From contig JAEWZT010000001.1 of the NCBI GenBank assembly GCA_023458375.1, forward strand, positions 2,325-66,324: a stretch of 64,000 nucleotides of DNA. The letters are read 5' to 3'. Below the pieces are notes generated by a model. It was not told the origin of the DNA, did no database searches, and saw only the letters and a program-made list of their open reading frames with translations. The stretch comes from Bacillota bacterium (GTDB taxonomy: Bacteria > Bacillota > Clostridia > Christensenellales > CAG-314). Made by a program: the position numbers and the translations under genes. Positions 1 to 9,252 of this stretch are shown in pieces. Position 1 is the first letter of the stretch; each line of letters opens with the position of its first letter.

Positions 1-374
1 GATTTAATCAGATTAACATAGATTGGCTGACATTAAATGCAATTATTACAAATAACATCAGTTCTTGGAAAAGTGCACTATCTAATGCAAAAGGAGTCTA
101 TTTGATTGTTGACACAATTACTGGAAAAATGTATGTTGGTTCAGTCTATGGTGAAGAGTGCATATGGAATCGTTGGTCAGATTACTCTATAGATGGACAT
201 GGCGGTAATGTAAAACTGAAAGAATTGTTAGAGAAAAATGGTGTTGACTATAAAAAGAATTTTAAATATTCTATTTTGGAAGTTTGCAATATGAACTTAG
301 GTTCTCAGTACATCATCGAAAGAGAATCATATTGGAAAAAAGTCTTAATGACTGAAAGCAAAGGGCTTAATTAA
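1..374 (+). CDS. GIY-YIG nuclease family protein, 5' end outside window
   Basis: The frame of track ORF 102..374 stays open back to nt 3 (...SNAKGVYLIVDTITGKMYVGS...RWSDY..GHGGN...ERESYWK). The GVYLI/YVGS (GIY-YIG) motif spans the track's TTG start, so the true start lies upstream of the window. Confidence 0.75.
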   Translation, partial: FNQINIDWLTLNAIITNNISSWKSALSNAKGVYLIVDTITGKMYVGSVYGEECIWNRWSDYSIDGHGGNVKLKELLEKNGVDYKKNFKYSILEVCNMNLGSQYIIERESYWKKVLMTESKGLN

Positions 375-384
375 CCATCATATT

Positions 385-553
385 ATAGGGTGCGTAAAAC
401 AAGTCAAGGGTGCTTAAAAATACCAAAGGGTCCGTAATTGTATTAAAATTGGTAATCTAACACATATTTAAAATAAGGGTGCGTAAAACTAGTCAAGGGT
501 GCGTGATTTACCCTCTAGGGTGCGTAATGTATCAAAATAGGTAATCAAAGCCA
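385..553. repeat. Two ~89-bp tandem units, each with three copies of A-GGGTGCGTAA at ~20-bp spacing (iteron-like array)
   Basis: 10-mers start at 388, 408, 428 and at 477, 497, 518: gggtgcgtaa, gggtgcttaa, gggtccgtaa, gggtgcgtaa, gggtgcgtga, gggtgcgtaa. Each unit ends in ..aaaat(t/a)ggtaatc(t/a)aa. Confidence 0.8.
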
Positions 554-556
554 AAT

Positions 557-603
557 AACCCGCTGTCAATTGACAAAAGTCGTTGACTGCGGGTTTATTA
601 TTA
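557..603 (+). terminator. Hairpin plus T-rich tail downstream of the GIY-YIG gene and repeat array
   Basis: aacccgc-tgtcaa ... ttgact-gcgggtt gives a ~12-bp stem with one mismatch, followed by tattatt. Confidence 0.45.
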
Positions 604-916
604 CAATTTGTTTAAACTGCTTGTATAGCGGTAGAACAAAAAATAATTAAGACATCTGTCATAATAATGTGCGAACTTTTATCTTAATAAATCAACCGCA
701 AATCCCGCGGCGGCAGTAATTAAGCAAAACTGCACGGGGCAAAGCGGCAAACAGCCCATTTTATAGCAACAAAACTTTGAGGGAATTACAATAGTTTAAA
801 AGAAAGCCTAAGTTTGATTAGCAAATATTTCTCTAATCAAAAAGCCCGCTGCTTTTCCATTTTATGGCAAATTTTGCCTGAAAGGCGCTTTAAAGAGGCT
901 ATGACAAAAATAAGTA

Positions 917-945
917 TTGATAAAGAAAATCTTTAATGCTATAAT
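917..945 (+). promoter_or_regulatory. SigmaA-type promoter of the sRNA candidate
   Basis: TTGATA (917-922), 17-nt spacer, TGcTATAAT (extended -10; TATAAT at 940-945). Confidence 0.6.
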
Positions 946-951
946 AACAAA

Positions 952-1177
952 CGAAATACGGTTCTGCCGTGTTCGTTAGTCTTAAAATGCGCGTCAACCA
1001 CAAAGTTCAAAAGGGAAACAGTGTTCGCGACTGATATGTCAGGCCTCGACGGCTCCTTAAAGGAGTTAGAGAAAGTAATTTCCGGTGGAAGACAAACGAG
1101 TCGGGCATGTTTATACCCGCCTGTTAATATACAGGGTTGAGCTGCCATAAGACGACGGCACGGCGGAATTTATTTTT
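952..1177 (+). ncRNA. Stand-alone structured sRNA candidate with a rod-like fold (6S-like architecture; family not established)
   Basis: It has its own near-consensus promoter. The 5' end (961-984) pairs with the 3' end (1148-1169), and the helix continues at 988-999/1135-1147. A large asymmetric internal loop follows (1000-1016 vs 1126-1134), then AACAG 1017-21/CTGTT 1121-25 and an apical domain. It ends in the T-tract tttattttt (1169-1177). No credible ORF is present; track ORF 939..1148(-) is antisense noise. Confidence 0.5.
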
Positions 1178-1188
1178 CAACGCAAAAC

Positions 1189-1234
1189 ACAAAAACCTAT
1201 ATTCGCCTGCAAACAGGTTTGATTTTTATAGGTC
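1189..1234 (-). terminator. Rho-independent terminator (minus strand) of the decayed gene fragment
   Basis: acctata(1194-1200)/tataggt(1228-1234) with inner cctg/cagg. On the minus strand it is followed by tttttgtgtttt. Confidence 0.5.
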
Positions 1235-1330
1235 TTATTAACGCTTAAATATTATTCCGCCGCTGCACAAAAAAATTAAAAAACTACTTAATCTACCAAA
1301 CTCAACGCTGCTAAAAATGATTCGTCTTTT

Positions 1331-1519
1331 TTATTTAATCCTTGTAAACGTCATAGTCATTTCAACGGATTCGCCGTTGAGCACCGAGCTGTTTGTGCCC
1401 GTAAACTTATCGCCCGACAACGTATATCTTTCAATTGCCTTTAATACCCCCACCCTGGTAATAATTTCAATATCGCTTTCGCCGTTAATTTTCCATTCGG
1501 CGTCCGCTTGTTTGATTAG
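1331..1519 (-). pseudogene. 5'-truncated gene remnant (C-terminal 62 codons, no start codon)
   Basis: The minus frame reads TGA(1520-22) LIKQADAEWKINGESDIEIITRVGVLKAIERYTLSGDKFTGTNSSVLNGESVEMTMTFTRIK stop(1331-33). It looks protein-like and has its own terminator, but no ATG/GTG/TTG with an SD. The + promoter of the next gene abuts the truncation point. Confidence 0.35.
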
Positions 1520-1624
1520 TCAATGTATATCGGAAATTCTTGTGCTATTTTTTTACTTTACCAAGGCAGTTAAAAATGCTATAATTGTATAAATTACAAG
1601 TGAGAAACTTTTAGAAGGTGGCAT

Positions 1625-3055
1625 ATGCTTGATGTAATTATAATCGGCGGGGGCATTGTTGGCTGCGCTTTGCTTAGGGAACTGTCAAAATATAAGCTTA
1701 ATTGCCTTTTGCTTGAAAAAGAAGAGGATGTTGCCGTCAGTTGCACAAAGGCTAACAGCGGAATAGTGCACGCGGGCTACGACCCCGCGCCCGATACTAA
1801 AAAAGCGCGCTTTAACCTTTTGGGAAACTTAATGTATAAGGACTTAGCAAAGCAATTAGGCGTAGCCTTTGAGCAATGCGGTTCTCTGGTTTTAGCAAAC
1901 GGACAGGGGCTTCCCTTGCTTAAAGAACTGCTTGAAAGAGGTAAAATAAACAGCGTTAAAAACCTTGAAATCTTAAACAGAGAGCAGATTTTAGAAATTG
2001 AACCCAATATAGCCGACGAAATTTTTTACGCTTTATACGCTCCTACGGCTGGCATAGTTTCGCCTTACGAAATGGCAATCGCCCTTGCCGAGCAGGCGGT
2101 AATAAACGGCGCCGAGATTAAACTTAATTCCCAAGTTACAAATATTATTTCCTCCCCTTACGGCTACACCGTAAAGACAGGCGACCGTCAATATCAATGC
2201 AAATATTTGGTAAACGCGGCGGGCTACGGCGCGTCGCAAATAAATATAATGGCGGGCGGGCGTGAAATCCCTTACACATTTTTAAGGGGCGAATATTACA
2301 TTTTAGATACTTCCGAAAGAAAATATTTTAATCATACCTGTTTTCCTTTGCCCGACCACAGAGGCAAGGGCGTGTTGGTTTCTCCCACCGCCGAGGGCAA
2401 TATCATTGTCGGTCCAAGTTCGCTTCCCGTCCAAAGCGGCGGCGACGGAGCGGTGAAAAAAGAGGGGCTTGACTTTATTAAAAACAGCGTTTCCCGCGTC
2501 ATGAAAAACGTAAATTTTTCAAAAGTGATAAGGGTTTTTTCAGGCGTGAGGGCGGTAAGCGGCGAAGATTTTATTATAGAAAGGGAGGGCAATTTAATTA
2601 CTCTTGCGGGCATCTGTTCCCCGGGGCTTACTGCCGCTCCCGCGATAGCGCGCTACGCCGTTGAAGAACTGCTTACCGGCGCGGGCTTAAAGCTCGTTAA
2701 AAAAGAAGAATATCTGCCCCGTCCGCGTAAAATTATTACAAAAGAACTAAGCAAGGAAGAACTGCAACAGCTTATAAAGCAAAACCCCGCCTATTCAAAG
2801 ATGGTGTGCCGCTGCGAAAAAATTACCGAAGGGGAAATAATAGACGCTCTCAATAGTCCCTTAAAACCCCTCTCCCTTGACGCGGTAAAAAGGCGCGTTC
2901 GGGCGGGAATGGGGCGTTGCCAAGGAGGTTTTTGCACACCTCGCGTTATGGAAATCATTTCGCGCCGCGCAAATATTCCCTTTGACATAGTTACAAAAAA
3001 GGGCGGGCAGAGCACTGTCATTGTGGGCTCCGTCAAGGAGGGAAACAATGATTAA
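1625..3055 (+). CDS. FAD-dependent oxidoreductase (GlpA/LhgO-like) with C-terminal BFD-type [2Fe-2S] domain
   Basis: N-terminal [11 protein letters not shown] dinucleotide fold; C-terminal [11 protein letters not shown]...[10 protein letters not shown]; SD agaaggtgg. Confidence 0.8.
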   Translation: MLDVIIIGGGIVGCALLRELSKYKLNCLLLEKEEDVAVSCTKANSGIVHAGYDPAPDTKKARFNLLGNLMYKDLAKQLGVAFEQCGSLVLANGQGLPLLKELLERGKINSVKNLEILNREQILEIEPNIADEIFYALYAPTAGIVSPYEMAIALAEQAVINGAEIKLNSQVTNIISSPYGYTVKTGDRQYQCKYLVNAAGYGASQINIMAGGREIPYTFLRGEYYILDTSERKYFNHTCFPLPDHRGKGVLVSPTAEGNIIVGPSSLPVQSGGDGAVKKEGLDFIKNSVSRVMKNVNFSKVIRVFSGVRAVSGEDFIIEREGNLITLAGICSPGLTAAPAIARYAVEELLTGAGLKLVKKEEYLPRPRKIITKELSKEELQQLIKQNPAYSKMVCRCEKITEGEIIDALNSPLKPLSLDAVKRRVRAGMGRCQGGFCTPRVMEIISRRANIPFDIVTKKGGQSTVIVGSVKEGNND

Positions 3056-4277
3056 TTACGACGTGGTGGTAATAGGGGGCGGACCCGCGGGCATGGCGGC
3101 GGCAATTTCCGCAAAAGAAGAGGGCGCAAGCGTTTTAATTATTGAAAGGGACAACCGCTTAGGGGGTATCCTTAACCAATGTATCCATAACGGGTTCGGG
3201 CTGCATTACTTTAAGCAAGAGCTTACGGGACCCGAATACGCACAGCGCTTTATTGAAAAAGTTAAGCAATTGAATATTGAGGTGTATTTAGAAGCTTTCG
3301 CAACGGAGTTTAACCGTGAAAATATTTTAACCGTAGTATCGGCGCAAAAGGGCGTGCTTGAAATTAAAGGCAAAGCGGTGGTACTCGCTATGGGCTGCCG
3401 TGAACGGACTGCGGGCGCCATTTCTCTTTGCGGCGACAGACCCGCGGGAATTTGGACGGCGGGGCTTGCGCAAAGGCTATGCAATATTGAGGGCTATTTG
3501 GTGGGCAAAAAAATCGTCATTTTAGGCTCGGGGGACATCGGACTTATTATGGCGCGCAGAATGACCTTTGAGGGCGCGAAAGTTGAAATGGTGTGCGAGG
3601 TTATGCCTTATTCGGGGGGTTTAAAGCGCAACATTGTGCAGTGTTTAGACGATTTTAATATCCCTTTGTATTTTTCAACAACCGTTGCCGAAGTTGTGGG
3701 CAAGGATAGGGTTGAAGGGGTGTATATCGCCCAAGTTGACGAAAAAATGCAGCCTATTGAAAATACAAAGCGTTTTATTGAGTGCGACGCGTTGCTGCTT
3801 TCGGTGGGTTTAATTCCCGAAAATGACCTTGTTGCCGACAATATACTTTTTGACGGCAGAACAAAGGGCGCTATTGTAAACGATTATAGGCAAACCTCCT
3901 TAAAAGGGGTGTTTTCCTGCGGCAACGTGCTTCACGTCCACGACCTTGTGGACAACGTTTCTGCGGAAGCGATTTTAGCGGGCAAAAACGCCGCGCTTTA
4001 CGCGAAAGGCGCTTTGGCGGAGGGGGAGGAAGTTTCGCTTAAAACGGGTTTGGGCATAAGTTACGCCATACCTCAAAAAATAGTAAAAGGTAGCGGCAAA
4101 GTAAAAATATATTACCGCGTAAACAACATATATAAATCGCCTAAAATGACCCTTTCCTGCGGCGGAAATATCATAGCCTCCAAAAAGTTTTTAATTGCTT
4201 CTCCGGGAGAAATGGAAAGCGTTGAAATAGACAAAAGCCTTATAACGCACGATTTAACTATTGAGCTGGGGGTGTAA
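3048..4277 (+). CDS. NAD(P)/FAD-dependent pyridine nucleotide-disulfide-type oxidoreductase
   Basis: [19 protein letters not shown]; second GxGxxG at ILGSGDIGL. Start moved to ATG 3048 (SD ggaggg), overlapping the upstream stop. Confidence 0.8.
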   Translation: MINYDVVVIGGGPAGMAAAISAKEEGASVLIIERDNRLGGILNQCIHNGFGLHYFKQELTGPEYAQRFIEKVKQLNIEVYLEAFATEFNRENILTVVSAQKGVLEIKGKAVVLAMGCRERTAGAISLCGDRPAGIWTAGLAQRLCNIEGYLVGKKIVILGSGDIGLIMARRMTFEGAKVEMVCEVMPYSGGLKRNIVQCLDDFNIPLYFSTTVAEVVGKDRVEGVYIAQVDEKMQPIENTKRFIECDALLLSVGLIPENDLVADNILFDGRTKGAIVNDYRQTSLKGVFSCGNVLHVHDLVDNVSAEAILAGKNAALYAKGALAEGEEVSLKTGLGISYAIPQKIVKGSGKVKIYYRVNNIYKSPKMTLSCGGNIIASKKFLIASPGEMESVEIDKSLITHDLTIELGV

Positions 4278-4281
4278 ACAA

Positions 4282-4623
4282 ATGAAAATAACATGCATTA
4301 ACTGCCCTATGGGCTGCCAGCTTGAAGTAAACAGAGAGGAAGAAAAAATTACCGTCAGCGGCAACGCCTGCGCAAGAGGGGACGTTTACGGAAAGCAAGA
4401 GTTCATTTCCCCCAAACGGACGCTTACATCATTGGTAAGGGTTTACGGCGGCGCCGTTGTTCCCTGCAAAACAAGCGGTCAAATACCCAAAGACAGACTT
4501 TTTGACGTTTTAAAAAAGCTTAATAAAATAACGGTAACTCCGCCGAAAAACATAGGCGACGTTATTATAAAAGACGTCTTAAATTTGGGCGTTGACATTG
4601 TAATTACGAAAAATATAAATTAA
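4282..4623 (+). CDS. DUF1667 domain protein (third member of the oxidoreductase trio)
   Basis: MKITCINCPMGCQLEV...VSGNACARG...PKRTLTS pattern. Start moved to ATG 4282. Confidence 0.7.
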   Translation: MKITCINCPMGCQLEVNREEEKITVSGNACARGDVYGKQEFISPKRTLTSLVRVYGGAVVPCKTSGQIPKDRLFDVLKKLNKITVTPPKNIGDVIIKDVLNLGVDIVITKNIN

Positions 4624-5026
4624 AAAAGCCGCAATCGCGCGTCAGTTTTTCACAAAGCCTTTTGCATTTACTTATTTGCGGTATAAGTTTGTCTATGCGG
4701 CGGCTAAATTAATTTGTCCGCGTATCCAGAAAAGCAATTGAGATTTGCGCACTGTGTTAATACTTTTGCGGCGAAAGGAAGAGCTTTTGCTTACGCTTAC
4801 ATAGTTTAACTAGTTATGCGGCTTCCCTAAGAAACAATAATTGGATTTAATCCTTTGCACAGGACTTAAATAAAAAGTTTAATGTATAACTTTTAAATAA
4901 AATGCGCGGCAAACAGGAAGAACATATTACTCCATAAAAATCCTTTTTAAGGGTAAGTTACTTTGCCTATCCGTAATCCTTACGGGTAATGCAAATAAGC
5001 AGTTTTTCCGTTTGGGAGTTTTACAA

Positions 5027-5557
5027 ATGACAAAAAGAGCGTTTATAATTTGCATGGCAATTTTTTGCGCAATTTCAGCGGCTTATATTGCCGCCGCCTG
5101 TCTTTTGACAATCTCTTTTAATTTTGTCAGAAATGAAAGCCGGCAGGATTTCCCCATTTCGCAAAGCGTAAAATATGAAATATACGTCGGCGGTGCGGTA
5201 GAGCGCGAGGGTTATTACAGTTACGGCGAGGGGGATACCTACCTTGACCTGCTGACCGCGGCGGGCGTTCACCCAAGAGGGGTGATAGGTTACAGCCTGC
5301 AAGACCGCGTTTCCAGTTCGCTTACAGTTTTAATTGTTAGTTATAAAGGCGATGACGGCTTACCTGTAACAATAAACGCCAATTCGCCTCTGGCGCATAT
5401 CTTTGCCCTTGACGCGGGAGTTCCGCAAGGTGCCGTCAACAAAATTATCGCATACAAAAACAACCGCGGGCTTTTTGAAAACAAAGCGCAGCTTATAGAC
5501 TTACTGGGCGAAGAATATTCTTCTTTCGCCTTTTATTTTCATATAGGCAAAGGATGA
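5027..5557 (+). CDS. comEA: ComEA-like competence DNA-binding protein
   Basis: N-terminal TM segment and C-terminal helix-hairpin-helix-like INAN...L...GVPQGAVNKIIAYKNNRGLFENKAQL. Lies upstream of comEC. Start at ATG 5027. Confidence 0.65.
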   Translation: MTKRAFIICMAIFCAISAAYIAAACLLTISFNFVRNESRQDFPISQSVKYEIYVGGAVEREGYYSYGEGDTYLDLLTAAGVHPRGVIGYSLQDRVSSSLTVLIVSYKGDDGLPVTINANSPLAHIFALDAGVPQGAVNKIIAYKNNRGLFENKAQLIDLLGEEYSSFAFYFHIGKG

Positions 5558-7710
5558 AAATGAAAAAACTTTTGAACTTTCGCCCCATACCTTTATTTGC
5601 GCTTGTGTTTTGCGGCGGCATACTGTCGTCATACGCGCTGTATAGGGGTTATTGGTATTATGCTCTGCCCTTAGCGGCAATTATAACGGCTTTGCTTGTC
5701 TTATTTTTAATTTTAAAAAAGAGAAACCTTATACAAATCCTTTGCCTTTGCCTTGCCGCCTGCATATCCGGCGCCTGTTGTTTTACCGTTTCGGCAAATG
5801 TCATTGAAAACAAAAGAATAGGTAAAGCCGAGGGCGTGCTGACGGGCACCTTTACCGACCTTTCAGACGCGGAGAACGGAAGGTATTACCTTAAAGACGC
5901 CCAGCTGACAACCGCCCAAGGAGAAATTATCGTTCTTAAAGGAAAAGTTAAGCTTTATCTGTATGAGTGGGGTTGTTCAACTGAACGAGATTTTGATTTC
6001 GCCGCGGGCAATATCGTTTACTGCAATTGTTTTGTTGAAGATATAAACGTTCTTGCCGACGGCGTGGATACTTACAGTTATGCCGACGGCGTTTATTATA
6101 TTGCTTACAGCGCTTACGGCGCATACACCCAAAAAGGTAAAAGCACAATAGCCGAAAACGTAAGGGGTTATATCAAAACAACTTTATACCGCTATATGGA
6201 GAGCGAAAACGCCGCCCTAGCTTTGGGCTTGGTTATAGGGGACAGAAGCGGTATGCGCTGGGAAGACAGGGAAGCTTTTAGGAAAAGCGGGCTTGCCCAT
6301 GTCTTTTCGGTGTCCGGTTTGCATATAGGCTTTCTTGCAGCCGTCTTTAATTTTATTTTGTCAAAACTCAATGTGCCCGTTAAAAGGCGGTTTTTTATAG
6401 TCATCCTTCCGCTTACCGCCTACGCCTATCTTACGGGGTTTGTTCCGCCCGTAGTGCGCTCGCTTGTTATGACCGTTGTACTCTTAGGGCTTAGCGCGCT
6501 TGGCAAAAAAAGCGATATGCTAACCTCGCTAAGCATTTCCGCGCTTATTATTTTAGCTGTAAAACCTTTGACAATCTTTGACGCGGGATTTTTGCTTTCA
6601 GTCGCGGCGGTATTCGGCATTTGTGCTATCGGCACGCCTTTAAGCCGAATTGTATCGCGCACCGCTTGGAAAAACCCTGTAAAAAACCTTTTTAACGGCG
6701 CATTTGTGAGTTTAGGCGCCGGTGTCGCCACAATTCCCCTTGTAGCCTACTTCTATAACGAAGTGTCTTTAATAAGTCTGTTTTCAAACCTTATTCTGCT
6801 TCCCTTAATAACAGTATGTTTTTTTGCCGTTATTATAGGGCTTATGCCTTTGCCTCTTTTCGGCTATATTCTCTATCTGCCCGACAAGGTTATCGAGCTT
6901 TTAAGAGCCGTTACAAGCTGGCTTGCGCAGCTGCCTTACGCCGCTCTTTATATTTCCTCAATAGGTTTAGGCGCGTTATTTTTGTATCTGCTGCTTTTTG
7001 TGCTGGGAGGTTACCTTAACACGCGAGGAAGAGGTAAAGCCGCTTTGTGCGCCCTGCTGGCTTTGCTTACGATTTCGGCAAGTATTTTGTCCGCGCTGCC
7101 TAAAAATCCTTATGATTGTCTTTACTATCAAGCTAAATACGACGGCGAAAACATCTTAATAAGCGACGAAGAGGGCAACGTCAATTACATAACAAGCCTT
7201 TCGCAGGAAAACGACTACTATTTTCTTGAAAACTATTTACTTAAATACAAACACAATAAAATTACCGTTTATATTACTCACTATGCAGACACAAATGCGG
7301 ACGTTTTAACACTGCTATTGCAAAGCGGAAAAGCGGCTGTTTATAAAGTCAGCGGTGAGAGCAACGGCGGCGCTGACGACGCGGCGTTTGAGCTAAATCA
7401 AAACATTGCTCTTTTAAGCCCCCTTGACGAAACCGTTACCGCCGTAAACGAAAGGGGGGTTAAGGGGTTTTTAATTAAGTTCGGAAAAACTTATCTTTTG
7501 CTTGCCCAAAGCGCTTATACCAATGTCAACGCTTTTAACAATGTTTCCGTCGTTATTTCAAAAGTAAACAGCGGCAAACTTGCCAAAGCATATCAAAATT
7601 CCCTTCTGTTTGCTTATACCTACGGCAAAGACGGGGATTATTTTGACCTTAGCGCGGCGGGGGACTTTACATTAAGGCAAAACAATGGTAAAATAATTTT
7701 TATTCCGTAG
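5554..7710 (+). CDS. comEC: ComEC/Rec2 DNA internalisation channel protein
   Basis: Polytopic competence domain (GDRSGM...FRKSGLAHVFSVSGLHIG). ATGA overlap with comEA. The C-terminal MBL-like domain has degenerate motifs. Confidence 0.8.
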   Translation: MKMKKLLNFRPIPLFALVFCGGILSSYALYRGYWYYALPLAAIITALLVLFLILKKRNLIQILCLCLAACISGACCFTVSANVIENKRIGKAEGVLTGTFTDLSDAENGRYYLKDAQLTTAQGEIIVLKGKVKLYLYEWGCSTERDFDFAAGNIVYCNCFVEDINVLADGVDTYSYADGVYYIAYSAYGAYTQKGKSTIAENVRGYIKTTLYRYMESENAALALGLVIGDRSGMRWEDREAFRKSGLAHVFSVSGLHIGFLAAVFNFILSKLNVPVKRRFFIVILPLTAYAYLTGFVPPVVRSLVMTVVLLGLSALGKKSDMLTSLSISALIILAVKPLTIFDAGFLLSVAAVFGICAIGTPLSRIVSRTAWKNPVKNLFNGAFVSLGAGVATIPLVAYFYNEVSLISLFSNLILLPLITVCFFAVIIGLMPLPLFGYILYLPDKVIELLRAVTSWLAQLPYAALYISSIGLGALFLYLLLFVLGGYLNTRGRGKAALCALLALLTISASILSALPKNPYDCLYYQAKYDGENILISDEEGNVNYITSLSQENDYYFLENYLLKYKHNKITVYITHYADTNADVLTLLLQSGKAAVYKVSGESNGGADDAAFELNQNIALLSPLDETVTAVNERGVKGFLIKFGKTYLLLAQSAYTNVNAFNNVSVVISKVNSGKLAKAYQNSLLFAYTYGKDGDYFDLSAAGDFTLRQNNGKIIFIP

Positions 7711-7722
7711 GTTGAAAGGATT

Positions 7723-8712
7723 ATGAAATTTGTCCAATTAAGCGAAAAACTAAATAACGAGTTTTTTCCCTTGCTGTATATTTACGGCGAGGACGCTTAT
7801 TTAAGGAGCCGCGCGCAGCAGCTTGTAATTCAAAGCCTAAATATTGAATACCCTGAAATAAACCTTTTAACGTTTGAACAAGGAGCCTCCTACGACGAAA
7901 TAATTACCGCCTGCGAAACAGTTGTTTTTTGCAGCGCCAAAAAAGCGGTTGTCGTTAAAGGCACTCCGCCCGATTTAAGAGGCACAGGGGGAGCGGCGGG
8001 GGATAAACTTCCCAAAAGTATTCAAAAAGTAGCTAAATATATTGACGACCCCTATCTTGATTGCTGTCTTATTTTTAACGACGCAAAGTTTTGCGACTAT
8101 CCGCTGTCAAAAAGCATTATGGCGGTAGACTGCAATAAGCTGTCAAGGGAAGAGGTTTCAAAATGGGTTAAGGCGCGCGTTGCGCACAAAAAAAGAACGG
8201 TATCACAGGCGGTGGCTACCGCGGTAGCCGACTTTTGTCTTCTGGATATGTCGCGCGTTTATACCGAGACGGAAAAGCTGCTTTCTTACGCCGCAGAGGG
8301 AGAAGAAATTACCCTTGCCGACGTAAATATGCTTGTCAACAAAGATGCCGAATACGTAGTATACGATTTATCAAACAGCATAGGCGCAAAAGACAAAGGA
8401 AAAACGCTGAATTTACTTGACCAAATGCTGCAAAGCGGGCAAAAACCAAAAGATTTGTTCCGTATGCTATACCGCTTTTACAGAAGACTTTTTTATGTAA
8501 GCATTACTAAGGGAGAAAAAAATGAAATCGCGGCTAATTTGGGCGTTAAAGAGTATGCCCTTACTATGTCGCTTAACACCGCCAAACTTCACACGCCTGT
8601 GGGACTAAAAAAAGCTATGGACATTTTTTATTCTTACGAAAGCAGAGGCGCGGTGGGAAATATAAAAGGGGAGGAGCTTCAAACGCTGGTTTTACAGCTT
8701 TTGAATTTGTAA
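7723..8712 (+). CDS. holA: DNA polymerase III subunit delta
   Basis: 329 aa with LLYIYGEDAYL N-terminus; conserved position after comEC. Confidence 0.75.
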   Translation: MKFVQLSEKLNNEFFPLLYIYGEDAYLRSRAQQLVIQSLNIEYPEINLLTFEQGASYDEIITACETVVFCSAKKAVVVKGTPPDLRGTGGAAGDKLPKSIQKVAKYIDDPYLDCCLIFNDAKFCDYPLSKSIMAVDCNKLSREEVSKWVKARVAHKKRTVSQAVATAVADFCLLDMSRVYTETEKLLSYAAEGEEITLADVNMLVNKDAEYVVYDLSNSIGAKDKGKTLNLLDQMLQSGQKPKDLFRMLYRFYRRLFYVSITKGEKNEIAANLGVKEYALTMSLNTAKLHTPVGLKKAMDIFYSYESRGAVGNIKGEELQTLVLQLLNL

Positions 8713-8714
8713 AA

Positions 8715-9251
8715 ATGTTTGAAAAATTAAAAAATAACTACGCATTGTCTAGCTGGCTTGCAAGGGGCGCATATGTTTTGCTTTACGTCTTTGCAATGTG
8801 GCGCGTTTCGCAAAGCTTTTTGACCGCTTACGGAGAACAGTTGGCTATCGTGCCCACAATTTGGACGGCGCTGCTCGTATCGCTTCTTGCGGGAATTATA
8901 GCCTTGATTTTTATTCCTTTTTTTACAGGCTTCATTTTAAATTTTTTGCGCTTTTTCTTTTTGCCCCGCCAAGAATTTGCATTGATAGTCGTCATATTCC
9001 TTGCGATTAAGAATTTAATACTGGGCGCGTTAAACTGCCTTTATTTTATTACTCCGGTAATTATGGCGTGGGGGCAAATCGCTTTTCCCGTGCTGGCTTT
9101 TTTAATAAGTGGCATTTTGTTTTTTATAACCGTCAAAAAATGCTACCTAAACAACAAAACCTCCCTGCATTTTTTCAAAACGCTTGTCATTTTCTTTTGC
9201 GTTCTAAGCGTGCTTTCGGTAATTCAGGGTATCGTAATTTTTGGGGTGTGA
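8715..9251 (+). CDS. Multi-pass membrane protein, unknown function
   Basis: About 5 hydrophobic segments; tightly coupled to holA. Confidence 0.5.
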   Translation: MFEKLKNNYALSSWLARGAYVLLYVFAMWRVSQSFLTAYGEQLAIVPTIWTALLVSLLAGIIALIFIPFFTGFILNFLRFFFLPRQEFALIVVIFLAIKNLILGALNCLYFITPVIMAWGQIAFPVLAFLISGILFFITVKKCYLNNKTSLHFFKTLVIFFCVLSVLSVIQGIVIFGV

Positions 9252-9252
9252 T

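Noticed and set aside
952-1177. Assigning the sRNA to SRP RNA, a cobalamin riboswitch, RNase P or tmRNA.
   Set aside because: ATGTCAGGCC resembles the SRP domain IV 5' strand, but the invariant GGAA tetraloop and AGCA strand are missing. AAAAGGGAA resembles the cobalamin core, but there is no B12 box and no downstream regulated gene. Length and motifs exclude RNase P and tmRNA.
939-1592. Track ORFs 939..1148(-) and 1317..1592(+) as protein genes.
   Set aside because: The first overlaps the promoter-driven structured sRNA candidate on the opposite strand and has no SD. The second is the mirror frame of the better protein-like minus-strand remnant and runs through the glpA-like promoter.
4624-5026. 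Recurrent T(T/A)TGCGG motifs in the DUF1667-comEA spacer, considered as relatives of the queA-tgt repeat.
   Set aside because: The similarity is limited to short TTGC/TGCGG words that are common throughout this genome's spacers. There is no alignable unit or regular period.
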